NCBI GenBank assembly: GCA_026134085.1
Contig: JAOQIN010000002.1
Location: forward strand, 73,390 to 137,389
Origin: Candidatus Methanoxibalbensis ujae
Lineage (GTDB): Archaea; Halobacteriota; Syntropharchaeia; Alkanophagales; Methanospirareceae
Direction of reading: 5' to 3'
Length of the DNA stretch: 64,000 bases
Under the pieces are notes generated by a model, which had not been told where the DNA came from, ran no database searches, and was given only the letters and a program-made list of their open reading frames with translations. A program made the translations under genes and the position numbers. Shown here piece after piece: positions 1-9,662 of the stretch (the stretch's first letter is position 1; the number at the start of each line of letters is the position of its first letter).

Positions 1-82
1 CTGTGGAGAGGAATGCCTCCGTCCGATAAATCATGCATCCGTCATGTTATGTATGTATGTGCGGAGAGAGCAAATGCACAGA

Positions 83-92
83 TTTTATAAAA
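83..92 (+). promoter_or_regulatory. TATA-box-like element upstream of cdhC
   Basis: ttttataaaa lies about 35 nt upstream of the ATG at 127. The spacing fits an archaeal TATA box with a short leader. Sequence pattern only. Confidence 0.3.
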
Positions 93-126
93 TGACTCTC
101 ACAATATAAGCGGAGTGAACCGATCT

Positions 127-1710
127 ATGAGCAGCGGCGATTTTCCATTTGATATAAATCCAATGTATGAGGGGGAGCGGATACGCAGGGAACAGATGTT
201 CGTTGAGCTCGCAGGACCGCAGAAGCCTGGATTTGAGCTGGTGATATGTGAGGAAGACCCGGAGAATGTGAACGACGAGCATGTGACACTTATAGGTCCC
301 GATATAGATGAGATGGAGGAAGGTGGAGTATATGCATATGCGATGATATACAAAGTTTACGGGAAAGAGGTGGAGAAGGACCTTGAAGCTGTGCTTGAGC
401 GTCGCAACCATGAGTTTCAGTCATATATTCAGGGATACATGCATCTGAATCAGCGGTCTGAGATATGGATAAGAATAAGCAAGGACCTGATCAACAAAGG
501 ATTGCGATCATTGAAGCAGATTGCGAGTGCAACAATAATGCTGTATAAGTCGGAGTTGTCGTTTATTGAGAAAATGGAAGCTATCTACATCACCGATGAG
601 GAAGAGGTTCTCCGCCGGATGAAGGAAGCAGAAGCAATTTACAGAGCGAGGGACGAGAAGGCTCGTGGCTTGCATGATGAGGATGTTGAGGAGTTCTATC
701 AATGCACCCTCTGCCAGTCCTTCGCACCTACGAATGTCTGCGTTATCACGCCGGACAGGGTGGCTCTATGCGGTGCGATGACATGGTTTGATGCCCGTGC
801 ATCTGCGAGGATTGATCCTGAAGGTCCCAATGCTCCCATTCCGAAGGGTGAGTGCATAGACCCGATTGGCGGCGAATACACGGGAGTGAACGAGGCAGCC
901 GTTCGGCTATCAGGCGGAGCATACGATTCAATCAAGCTTCATTCGTTTTTTGAGAAGCCTCACACCTCCTGCGGTTGCTTTGAGGTCGCAGGCTTTTACA
1001 TTCCCGAAGTCGACGGCATCGGGTGGATTCACCGCGGTTCGCAGGTATCTGAGACCCCCATAGGTCTTCCTTTCTCAACGATTGCTGCATCAGTTGGCGG
1101 AGGTCGTCAGGTGGAGGGCTTTCTCGGCATAGGCATCCAATACTTTTACAGTGAGAAGTTCATCCAGGCGGATGGCGGTTGGAGAAGGGTTGTATGGATG
1201 GCTTCCGACCTGAAAGAGCGTGTAATTGATGCGATACCGGAGGAAATGCGCGATAAGATTGCAACTGAAAAAGATGCGAGAACGATAGAGGAGCTCAAGG
1301 AGTTCCTGCGGAAGGCTGACCATCCCGTCGTGAAAGGTGTTGTGAGACCTGTTGACGGCGTGAAGATAACAGAAGGGTGGGGTGGGGAAGAAGTGGCTGC
1401 TGAGGAAGCTGGCGAAATATTTGCTGCGGATGAGTCTCCAGCTCCTCAGCGCATAACAGCACCTCCCATAACAGCACCTCCTGCACCTCCAAGCGCACGA
1501 TCAGCCCCTCCATCCGCGGAAAATGTGCTGACGATACCCGCCTCACTCACAGTTGATCTGTCATCGCTGCTGTCTGTTCTGAATGCTCTCGCCGCAGCCA
1601 CTGGTGACATGACCGGGCAGAGCATAAAAATCACGCTGAAAAATGCTGAGATACGCATAGGCAAGATCGTGCTGCAGAAGCAGCAGGAGCGAGAAAACAG
1701 GCGTAAGTGA
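127..1710 (+). CDS. cdhC: acetyl-CoA decarbonylase/synthase complex subunit beta (CdhC)
   Basis: ORF 115..1710. The ATG at 127 gives [18 protein letters not shown], colinear with Methanosarcina CdhC as I recall it. Matches include [30 protein letters not shown] and the C-terminal [12 protein letters not shown] segment. A Pro/Ala-rich linker lies near the C-terminus. Confidence 0.95.
   Translation: MSSGDFPFDINPMYEGERIRREQMFVELAGPQKPGFELVICEEDPENVNDEHVTLIGPDIDEMEEGGVYAYAMIYKVYGKEVEKDLEAVLERRNHEFQSYIQGYMHLNQRSEIWIRISKDLINKGLRSLKQIASATIMLYKSELSFIEKMEAIYITDEEEVLRRMKEAEAIYRARDEKARGLHDEDVEEFYQCTLCQSFAPTNVCVITPDRVALCGAMTWFDARASARIDPEGPNAPIPKGECIDPIGGEYTGVNEAAVRLSGGAYDSIKLHSFFEKPHTSCGCFEVAGFYIPEVDGIGWIHRGSQVSETPIGLPFSTIAASVGGGRQVEGFLGIGIQYFYSEKFIQADGGWRRVVWMASDLKERVIDAIPEEMRDKIATEKDARTIEELKEFLRKADHPVVKGVVRPVDGVKITEGWGGEEVAAEEAGEIFAADESPAPQRITAPPITAPPAPPSARSAPPSAENVLTIPASLTVDLSSLLSVLNALAAATGDMTGQSIKITLKNAEIRIGKIVLQKQQERENRRK
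1453..1490. repeat. 15-nt tandem repeat (about 2.5 units) in the cdhC linker
   Basis: ataacagcacctccc / ataacagcacctcct / gcacctcc. Encodes [13 protein letters not shown], in frame. Confidence 0.85.
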
Positions 1711-1724
1711 CGCCCGGCGGAAAA

Positions 1725-2987
1725 ATGGAGAAGAAGGTGCGTTTGGAGGATGTTCTGAAAGCATTGAAGCGCTACGACGTGCTTGAGATGGAGGATTCGG
1801 TGATCATAGGCGATATTGAGATTGAGCTGACGTCACATCCCTCAGCGTTTTTGCATGCTCTTCAGCATGTGTTGAAACAGCATGCGAAGCCCATGGCAGA
1901 GCCTTCAGCGCTGATGAGAGGAGTGGAGGCTGAGGCGCTCATACCTGCGAAGTTTGAGGTTCGCGGTGAAAAGTGGCTGGGCGAGGTTGAGGAAGTCACA
2001 CTCGGCGCAACTCCGTCTGAAGGAGGCACGCGGGCAAAAACAGTGACAATAGGGGGCGAGAAATCACTTCCATTCTACTTTGATGCGCCCATGAAAAATC
2101 CACCAGTCATCGCGGTCGACTGCTTTGACATGCCGATTCCGCTTGCAAAAGCTGTGCGGGTGATGTATGAGGATGTGATGGAGGACACGGGAGAATGGGC
2201 CAAAAAGAATGTTGAAGTGTTCAAGGCGGACCTCGTGACAATACATCTGATAAGCACAGATCCCGCTATAAAGGACACTCCTCCCCGTGAGGCTGCTAAA
2301 ACTGTTGAGGAAGTGCTTCAGGCTGTCAAAGTGCCCATTGTCATAGGAGGCTCAGGAAACCCCGATAAGGACCCCGCTGTGCTTGAAGCTGCTGCAGAGG
2401 TTGCTGAGGGGGAGCGATGCCTCATCGCATCTGCAAACCTCAACATGGACTACGAGAGGATTGCGAAGGCGGCGATGTCACACGGACATGTTGTTCTCTC
2501 ATGGACTCAGCTCGACATAAATCAGCAGAAAACACTCAACAGATACCTTCTCAAACTCGGAGTTCCTCGTGAAAGCATTGTCATAGATCCCACAACTGCA
2601 GCACTCGGATACGGACTTGACTACGCATTTACCAATATAGAACGCATACGCATATCCGCACTTAAAGGAGACACAGACCTCGCATTTCCCATATCATGCG
2701 GAGTGACAAACGCATGGGGAGCCCGTGAGGCGTGGATGAAATCATCTCCCATAAAGGAAGACAGCGACTGGGGACCCTCAGCACTCCGCGGACCTCTTTA
2801 TGAGATAATAACAGGTCTGTCACTCGCACTCGCCGGCGGTGATATGTTCATGATGATGCATCCAAAAGCGGCAATGACAGTGAAAAAAGTGACAAGAATG
2901 CTCGCGGGGACAGAAACTGAAGAGGAAGGAGAGGAAGAAAGAAAAATCGAAAATTGGATTTCTTGGCAGCCAAGTGGCTCCTCCTGA
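1725..2987 (+). CDS. cdhD: acetyl-CoA decarbonylase/synthase complex subunit delta (CdhD)
   Basis: ORF 1707..2987; the likely ATG is at 1725 ([10 protein letters not shown]). Motifs [37 protein letters not shown] and SDWGP are colinear with CdhD. It follows cdhC with almost no gap. Confidence 0.93.
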   Translation: MEKKVRLEDVLKALKRYDVLEMEDSVIIGDIEIELTSHPSAFLHALQHVLKQHAKPMAEPSALMRGVEAEALIPAKFEVRGEKWLGEVEEVTLGATPSEGGTRAKTVTIGGEKSLPFYFDAPMKNPPVIAVDCFDMPIPLAKAVRVMYEDVMEDTGEWAKKNVEVFKADLVTIHLISTDPAIKDTPPREAAKTVEEVLQAVKVPIVIGGSGNPDKDPAVLEAAAEVAEGERCLIASANLNMDYERIAKAAMSHGHVVLSWTQLDINQQKTLNRYLLKLGVPRESIVIDPTTAALGYGLDYAFTNIERIRISALKGDTDLAFPISCGVTNAWGAREAWMKSSPIKEDSDWGPSALRGPLYEIITGLSLALAGGDMFMMMHPKAAMTVKKVTRMLAGTETEEEGEEERKIENWISWQPSGSS

Positions 2988-3115
2988 GCATTTTCTTTCA
3001 CTTCTCAATTTCCTCACTTCTGCCGATGGGCTGGAATATCTCCCTGATTTTCTTGCTCCGATTGCTTTTTTATTCATCACACACCGCTTCCCATGAGGGC
3101 AGGCAATCCTTCTTC

Positions 3116-3910
3116 TCAGTGCGAGAGTGACAATGCTGCACTCACAAACTTCCTCACCTTTTCCTCATCCTTCCAACCTGATGCGTTTTCAACACCACTT
3201 GACACATCAACCGCGAACGGACGCACACGCATTATCGCAAGACGCACATTCTCGGGGTTCAATCCACCGGCGAGGATAACAGGTTTCCCCAGTGATGAGA
3301 CCGTTCTCGCGGATATTTCCCAGTCATGCACAACGCCAGTGCCACCATGCGGAGATTGCTCTGATGAGATATGAGATGATCGGTGAGATGAGTGGTGAGA
3401 TGATCGGTGAGATGATAGATGAGCCTGTGCAGTCGTGCGGGAAGCAGTGCTCGCGGCAGTGTCAAGAAGTATTGCATCAACGAATTTTTCGTAGGAATTT
3501 GCATTTTGGATGATGCGTGCGATAACTGCATCTCTGGAAGAAGCGTGCAGCTGCGCCGGGATCCCTATTTTTTTTATGAGTTTCAGCGATGTCTTCTCTC
3601 TCAACCTCTTTACAATCTCAACACGCTCGTTTCCATGCAGTTGGATACAGTCCGCACCTATGCGCTCATAATCACGCACACGCTGATCTATTTCAGCATC
3701 AGATAAGCCGTCAAACATGACAACAACAACCTTCGTTATGAGCGGGGGGATTGCATTGAATATCTTTTCAGCATCTTCAACTGATATGAAACGCCTGGTC
3801 CCCTCCACCTGAATCACACCAATCGCATCCGCACCTGCTTCCACAGCAATAAATGCGTCCTCAACACGACGAATGCCGCATACCTTCACACGGATACGGC
3901 TGCCACGCAT
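3116..3910 (-). CDS. trpF: phosphoribosylanthranilate isomerase (TrpF) with a Ser/His-rich insertion
   Basis: RVKVCGI..AGADAIGV..LHG..LLDT..GGTG..W..ILAGGLNPENV is the PRAI pattern. A stretch of about 35 aa (..HLSSHRSSHHSSHRSSHISSE..) is inserted between LLDT and GGTG. Confidence 0.85.
   Translation of the reverse strand: MRGSRIRVKVCGIRRVEDAFIAVEAGADAIGVIQVEGTRRFISVEDAEKIFNAIPPLITKVVVVMFDGLSDAEIDQRVRDYERIGADCIQLHGNERVEIVKRLREKTSLKLIKKIGIPAQLHASSRDAVIARIIQNANSYEKFVDAILLDTAASTASRTTAQAHLSSHRSSHHSSHRSSHISSEQSPHGGTGVVHDWEISARTVSSLGKPVILAGGLNPENVRLAIMRVRPFAVDVSSGVENASGWKDEEKVRKFVSAALSLSH
3361..3423. repeat. 12-nt tandem repeat (about 5 units) inside trpF
   Basis: gagatgatcggt / gagatgagtggt / gagatgatcggt / gagatgatagat on the + strand. 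Read on the - strand it encodes SSHR/SSHH/SSHR/SSHI. Confidence 0.9.
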
Positions 3911-4008
3911 CCCCTCTCAATTCATTCCGCATATTTAAATCACAAGTTTTCTTCGCCAAGAAAGCCCCTCAGGGGATGAATTATACTCTGAACGGTATAA
4001 AGAAAAGA

Positions 4009-5030
4009 ATGATGGAAGCGGAGATAACAAAGACAGTCAAGTGTAAGCTCATGACAAAGCGAAAGCTTGAGCTACTTAAGAATACGACAACTTTCAACAC
4101 TACTTGAAGACTGGAGAGGATAGGGGAGTTTATTCTGCAACGAAACAGCAAGGGAAGCGAACATATCTGAAGATTGACCCCCGCAAGGAATATCCTCTCA
4201 AGGAAAGACCTGATGGATATCCGCAAAACCAATAACAAACTCGCCGGGTATCGGGCTCGCATTCCCATTTGTGGAGTCGGAGGTGGAGTTAAGGTTGCAC
4301 TTAAACATCAACCCTTCAGCTTCATGGGAGATTTGCTGTTCTAAGCTGATTGGAACGAGAGATGGCGAAATCCATCTTCATGTCGCAGTCAGGTCTTCAT
4401 GTCGTATCAGGTCTTCATGTCGTAGTCAAGAGCCGAAGAAGGAATACTCGTCCATCACAGCGATAGACGAAATGGGCAGGTGTGTCTGTGGCACCGCACC
4501 AGAGTTCTACGGCAAAAGGGTGAGCTTAAAAATATTTCTCAGGAGGAAGCTCGGAAGAGAGAAAAAGCTGAGAGCAATAAAAAAGATCGGGCATAATGAA
4601 GAATTGTCAATGATGAAACAAGATAGCGAAATAAATTGTTGAAGAAGCGGAGAAGCGCAATAATTGCATCGGTAACCTAAATAGTGTTAGAAACAATAAC
4701 AGTGGAAGAAAGGTGAACAATAAATCAATACAATGCCATTCCATAAATAATATCAAGTATAAAGAGAGTAATCATAGAGAAGTTCATACAACACATCAAG
4801 AATTGTGGCTACCATTAAGATGTGAACGGAGCCGAGAACAAATGAGCCATTGCTCATGGCAGGTGCTTTCGTTACCCCGCCAGAAGCGCAATGCACACCC
4901 CCCAAAATGCTTCCGGTGGAAGTCCTTTAGTCGGGGAGCCCGCCTCATGCGCGGCTGTATTATCCACAGCTCGGTTGAGTGCTGCACTGAGGTTGCGTAA
5001 AGAGCTGAAGCGATGCAGTGTGTCCATCCA
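4009..5030 (+). pseudogene. tnpB: decayed IS200/IS605-family tnpB (OrfB) transposase/RNA-guided nuclease gene
   Basis: Fragments lie in at least 4 frames: MEAEITKTVKCKL.., YSATKQQGKRTYLKIDPRKEYPL, AGYRARIPICGVGGGVKVALK, GEIHLHVAV, EKKLRAIKKIGHNE, VEEAEKRNN. Their order matches archaeal TnpB. No intact ORF longer than 123 aa, and no tnpA. Confidence 0.65.
4389..4424. repeat. perfect 18-nt x2 tandem duplication inside the tnpB remnant
   Basis: tcaggtcttcatgtcgta occurs twice, head to tail. Confidence 0.95.
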
Positions 5031-5136
5031 GCGACGCCAGAAGACGCCAACAGAAGATGTTCACTGGCGCAACGAGGCGGGGGTTGCAGGCACAAGAACG
5101 GTGAACATTTTATCTCTCCTCCATCAATAAAATAAG

Positions 5137-6633
5137 ATGCTGAAGAAGTGGAAGAAGCACAATAATGATGAGAAAAAAGGAACTGCTCCCAAGAGAGGCT
5201 TCAAATTTTTCACGCTTCTTTCACTGATTTTACTATGTATTTCTCTCTCCATTTTCTTCGTTTTAATGCATAAGACAATAATTTATACACATTTCTTTTA
5301 TATTCCTATTATCTTAGCAGCGATATGGTATAAGAAAAGGGCGATTTATATCGCAATTCTTCTCGGTGTGATGCATATTTTCTTCTCTATTCTTGTTACA
5401 TCTCCAACTCTGGAAATATTTATGGAATCTATGGGCAGGGCGAGCATGCTCTTCATCGTTGCTTACGCCATCGGTCTGATGAGTCAGAGATGTAAGGATG
5501 CTCGTGAGGAGATGAAATCTGCGAAGGAACGTTACCACGCGATATTTGAGCATGCCCTCACAGCTCTTTGCGTCGTTGATTCTGATGGAAAAATTCTGCT
5601 TGCGAACAGGCAGTTTGAGGAGCTCGTCGGTCTTCAAGCGGAGAATCTCAGAGGAAGACACTGGACAGATTTCGTAGCGGAGGAGGATGCGGAAAGAGCG
5701 AGAGACTACTGCGAAAGCAGGTGGAAAGGAGGCGCACCCGCCTGCTCTCTTTTCAAATTCATAAACTCAAAAGGTGAAAGAAAATATGTGAATGCGTGTA
5801 TGGAGCCCATTCCAAACAGCAAAGAATGCATCATTTCACTGCTTGACATCACAGAATTGAAGAATAGGGAGGAGGAACTGCGTAAAACATGCAAGAAACT
5901 TGAGGAATTGGATAAGATGAAGAGAGATTTTTTAAATGTTGCGTATCACGAGATGCGTTCTCCGCTCGCACCAATCGTTGGATATGCCAGCATGCTTGAA
6001 ATGTGCGCACACACCGAGAAAGAGAGGAAATATGTTCGTTCTATTGAAAGATGTGCGAGGCAGTTGGAAAAAATGATAAACAGGATGCTTGAACTTGCGA
6101 GGATAGATGGGGAGGCGGTGAAATTGAGCATTGAAAGGGCATCTGTGAGGAAAATAGTTGAGCAAGCGGTTGCAACTCTCCTGACTGAGGCGAGAGAGAA
6201 GCGTCATAAAATTTCATTGAGCGTTCCTGATGTTGAAATAGAGTGCGATAAGCAGAAAATAATGGAAGTTTTCACCAATTTAATATCAAACGCAATAAAA
6301 TACACGGAAGAGGGAGGTAGAATAGAAGTGGTTGTTGAGGACAGGGGTGAAGATATAAAATGTTGTGTTTCAGATACAGGAATGGGAATTCCGAAGGAGC
6401 ATTTACCGAAGATATTTGAGCGTTTTTATGTCGTTGACACATCGCTGACGAGGAAATCGGGAAGTTTAGGGCTCGGACTTTCAATCGTGAAGGAGTATGT
6501 GCGGATGCACGGCGGGAAGGTGTGGGCTATAAGCGAGGTCGGGAAAGGCTCAAAATTCTTCTTCACACTTCCTAAGAGACAGGAAGAAGAAAAAGAGAAA
6601 GAGAAAGCGAAAGAGGAGAAGGGCGAAAAATGA
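5137..6633 (+). CDS. membrane-bound PAS-domain sensor histidine kinase
   Basis: Hydrophobic N-terminal helices, a PAS-like region, an H-box (AYHEMRSPL), and N/G boxes (SNAIKYT, DTGMGIP, GLGLSIV). Glu/Lys-rich C-terminal tail. Confidence 0.9.
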   Translation: MLKKWKKHNNDEKKGTAPKRGFKFFTLLSLILLCISLSIFFVLMHKTIIYTHFFYIPIILAAIWYKKRAIYIAILLGVMHIFFSILVTSPTLEIFMESMGRASMLFIVAYAIGLMSQRCKDAREEMKSAKERYHAIFEHALTALCVVDSDGKILLANRQFEELVGLQAENLRGRHWTDFVAEEDAERARDYCESRWKGGAPACSLFKFINSKGERKYVNACMEPIPNSKECIISLLDITELKNREEELRKTCKKLEELDKMKRDFLNVAYHEMRSPLAPIVGYASMLEMCAHTEKERKYVRSIERCARQLEKMINRMLELARIDGEAVKLSIERASVRKIVEQAVATLLTEAREKRHKISLSVPDVEIECDKQKIMEVFTNLISNAIKYTEEGGRIEVVVEDRGEDIKCCVSDTGMGIPKEHLPKIFERFYVVDTSLTRKSGSLGLGLSIVKEYVRMHGGKVWAISEVGKGSKFFFTLPKRQEEEKEKEKAKEEKGEK

Positions 6634-7112
6634 CCGGAGAGAATGAAATGAGCGGAGAGATTGAGAGGAAGATGGGGATGAAAGAGAAAAAAGAGAAGAA
6701 AGAGGAGAGACGGAATGGTAAAAGGAGGAAAATTCGTGTTTTGATTGTTGAGGATGCCGCTTACATGCGAGAGATGCTGGAAGAGATGCTGAATCAGCAG
6801 CGAGATAGATATGAAATTGTCGGTTTTGCCGCGAATGGACGGGAAGCTGTTGAGAAATATAAGGAGTTGAAGCCTGATATCGTGACGATGGATTTGGTTA
6901 TGGAGGTAATGGACGGAATTCAGGCGATAAAAGAGATAAAAGGGTATGATAAAAAGGCGAAAATTCTGGTGATTACGGCATTGGGAACGCCTGAATATGA
7001 GAGAGAATCGCTTGAAGCTGGTGCGGATGCGTGCCTCTGGAAGCCGTTCACTGTGAAAAATCTGTTTGAGGTGCTTGAACGACTGGTGTCTGAGGAGCAG
7101 GGCGGAGGATGA
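6630..7112 (+). CDS. CheY-like single-domain response regulator
   Basis: Receiver pattern VLIVEDAAYMRE .. DIVTMDLVMEVMDG .. ITALG .. WKPF. The start overlaps the kinase stop (ATGA). Has a roughly 35-aa Lys/Glu-rich N-terminal extension. Confidence 0.88.
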   Translation: MTGENEMSGEIERKMGMKEKKEKKEERRNGKRRKIRVLIVEDAAYMREMLEEMLNQQRDRYEIVGFAANGREAVEKYKELKPDIVTMDLVMEVMDGIQAIKEIKGYDKKAKILVITALGTPEYERESLEAGADACLWKPFTVKNLFEVLERLVSEEQGGG

Positions 7113-7156
7113 ACAGGTGAGGGTGAAGAGGGGAAAGGTCAGCCTGCCGCCTCTGT

Positions 7157-7954
7157 TTGGCTCAACATGCGCTACATCTGTGTCAAGCGGAGGAGGTGAA
7201 AGAGACGCAAATTACAGAAGAGCAAATTGCAGAAGAGCGACTGCGCAGGATTTGGAGAATTCTTGAGAGCGCATACGGACATAAGACATGCCACAGGAAA
7301 GACCCTGTTGAGACGCTCGTTCGCACAATTCTCTCACATAACACGAACGACAGGAACTGCGACGCTGCATTCAAAGATCTCGTTGAAAAGTTCAGAAGAT
7401 ATGAGGAGCTTCTCACAGCATCTGATGATGAGATAGCTCATGCAATAAGAAAAGCGGGATTGAGCCGTGTGAAGGCTAAAAGACTGAAAAATGCACTTTC
7501 CGCACTGTATTACGCATCAATTTGTTATCAGAAACATCAGCAGCATAAATGGCATAAACAGCATAAACAGCATAAGCATTCTGAAAAGCAGCCGGGGCGG
7601 AACACAGCGATAGACATGCGATTTCTGGATGAAATGAGTGTTGAGGAGGCGAGAGAATTTCTGATGAGCATTCCCGGCATCGGTCAGAAGACCGCATCCT
7701 GCATACTTTGCTTCTCTTTCGGAAAAGGAGCATTTCCAGTTGACACTCACATACAGCGCATATTCAGAAGAATGTTCAGCATAAATGAGGTGAATCGCAT
7801 TGCACATATTGTGGAAATGAGCATTCCTCCGGAAGAAATATGCGGATTTCACCTGAATCTCATAGAACACGGCAGAAAAATATGCAGAGCACGCAATCCC
7901 TTATGTGATAAATGCGCGTTGCGAGGAGAATGCGCGTTCGCTCATACCTCCTGA
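7157..7954 (+). CDS. nth: endonuclease III-like HhH-GPD DNA glycosylase (4Fe-4S)
   Basis: HhH motif LMSIPGIGQKTASCIL, then VDTH, then the C-terminal Cys cluster CRARNPLCDKCALRGEC. Start is uncertain: TTG at 7157, or in-frame GTG at 7196 preceded by ggagg. Contains a His/Gln/Lys-rich insertion. Confidence 0.85.
   Translation: MAQHALHLCQAEEVKETQITEEQIAEERLRRIWRILESAYGHKTCHRKDPVETLVRTILSHNTNDRNCDAAFKDLVEKFRRYEELLTASDDEIAHAIRKAGLSRVKAKRLKNALSALYYASICYQKHQQHKWHKQHKQHKHSEKQPGRNTAIDMRFLDEMSVEEAREFLMSIPGIGQKTASCILCFSFGKGAFPVDTHIQRIFRRMFSINEVNRIAHIVEMSIPPEEICGFHLNLIEHGRKICRARNPLCDKCALRGECAFAHTS
7543..7578. repeat. 9-nt tandem repeat (4 units) inside nth
   Basis: gcataaatg / gcataaaca / gcataaaca / gcataagca. 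Encodes the His/Lys/Gln-rich run (H)KWHKQHKQHKH, in frame. Confidence 0.9.
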
Positions 7955-7987
7955 TCCTCATCTTCCCTCCTTTCTCTGCTCCATCTT

Positions 7988-9544
7988 TCACCTGATTTCA
8001 TATCCGAGCATCTCAAGACATTTTTTCAGACCCTCCTGCATGTCTCTCTCTGTATGAATCTCGTGGAAGTAAATGCCGATATGGGTCATTGTCTGGGCGA
8101 TTTCAGGGCGAATTCCGGTTATTATGCATGTGCATCCGAGAAGACTGGCAGCTTTTACCGTCTTCAAAAGATTGTTTGCAACTTCAGTGTCCATTGATGA
8201 TACTCCTGTTATATCAATAATGACAAATTCAGCCTGCGTCTTCGCGATTCTTTTGAGTAAAGTTTCCGTAATTTTCTGTGCGCGATAGCTGTCAACAACT
8301 CCTATCACGGGAAGAGCAAGTATTTTATCCCATATCTGAACAACAGGCGTCATCAGCTCCTCCTGTGCCGCTCTCAATCTATCGACGAGTTCTCTCAGCC
8401 TGTTTTCCATCTGTTTCTTTTCAGTTATGTCATATGCCGCGAAAAGGGCACCCCTCACAGAGCCATTATCAACAAAAGGTAAAGTGTATCCGAGCAGATG
8501 TATGACTTTTCCGTCTTTCGCATGCATGTGGAACTCAACACCTCTCACAATCTCTCCTCTCAGCGCTTTTTCAACGGAGGCCTGTGCATGCTCACGTGCC
8601 TTTTCAGCATCCCGGAAAAACTTTGCATCCTCAAATTTTTTTCCTTTCAATTCCTCCGATGATATGCCAAATATTTTCTCCGCGTAATTATTTATGTATA
8701 ATATACTGCCGTCGGCATCAGTCAACATTATGATGATGTTCTGCAGGGAATCCAAAATTTGCTTGTAATATCTGTGTGTTCTCTTCAACTCCTCCGTCAT
8801 CTGTTCAAAATCTGTGATGTCCTCCGCTTCAATGATCGCACCGCTTATCTCACCGCCGATTTCAACTGGAGCCGCATGAATTTTGACGGTTCTTTCCTCA
8901 CTTCCCTCCTCTGGCGGGCGCGCTCTCAGGATCGCTGTCACATGCTCCCCTGAAAGCGCTTTTTTCACCAGATCCGCAACCTTATCCCGAACATCATCTG
9001 AATATGAATAACAGGGAATATCTTCCAACGAAAGACCCTTTAATTGCTCCTCTGACATGCGGATTTTTTGAGGCACTTCCTTATTTGTATATACTATTCT
9101 GCCCTCTTTATCTGTCAAAAGGATGCATTCATGGAGGTTTTCAAGTATTTCTTCCATCAAACATTGATAATAATGCTCTTTTTCAACAGATTTCCCCTCA
9201 ACAACGACGCCTTTGACATCACCGCTGCTTTCGCTGTGCAGTGGCGAGATGTTGAGGATCATTGGGAATGTCCTGCCTGAGGGTTTCATCGCGTTCACCT
9301 CTATCTGAACGCTATCACCGCGCAATGCGCGCTCAAACGCCTCTTTCACCTCAGAAGCGACATGCTTGAAATGCATGCATTCCCAGATAGGCGTGCCCAT
9401 CACTTCATCCTCCCGATATCCGAGCGATTTCAGAAGGGATATCCTGTTTATGAATCTGAGTTTTCCCTCTCTGTCCAATACAGCTGCAAATGTGCTCATT
9501 GAGTTAAGCAGACTCAAATACTCAGACGCAGTCAGCTCTTCCAT
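7988..9544 (-). CDS. multi-PAS sensor protein with C-terminal STAS domain (RsbR-like)
   Basis: Three PAS-like segments and a coiled-coil linker. C-terminal STAS pattern: PVVQIWDKILALPVIGVVDSYRAQKITETLL .. FVIIDITGVSSMDTEVANNLL .. IITGIRPEIAQTM. Confidence 0.8.
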   Translation of the reverse strand: MEELTASEYLSLLNSMSTFAAVLDREGKLRFINRISLLKSLGYREDEVMGTPIWECMHFKHVASEVKEAFERALRGDSVQIEVNAMKPSGRTFPMILNISPLHSESSGDVKGVVVEGKSVEKEHYYQCLMEEILENLHECILLTDKEGRIVYTNKEVPQKIRMSEEQLKGLSLEDIPCYSYSDDVRDKVADLVKKALSGEHVTAILRARPPEEGSEERTVKIHAAPVEIGGEISGAIIEAEDITDFEQMTEELKRTHRYYKQILDSLQNIIIMLTDADGSILYINNYAEKIFGISSEELKGKKFEDAKFFRDAEKAREHAQASVEKALRGEIVRGVEFHMHAKDGKVIHLLGYTLPFVDNGSVRGALFAAYDITEKKQMENRLRELVDRLRAAQEELMTPVVQIWDKILALPVIGVVDSYRAQKITETLLKRIAKTQAEFVIIDITGVSSMDTEVANNLLKTVKAASLLGCTCIITGIRPEIAQTMTHIGIYFHEIHTERDMQEGLKKCLEMLGYEIR

Positions 9545-9609
9545 GATTGGACATCGGATTCAAATATCTTAAACGATTCTCTGACTTCAATCCAGATTTT
9601 GAAAATGCG

Positions 9610-9637
9610 ATATTTTTGTTTGCATATTTTTGTTTGC
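9610..9637. repeat. perfect 14-nt x2 tandem duplication (intergenic)
   Basis: atatttttgtttgc occurs twice, between the 112-aa gene and the PAS/STAS gene. Confidence 0.95.
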
Positions 9638-9662
9638 AGTTTGTGCTGGAAGTTCTATGCGA

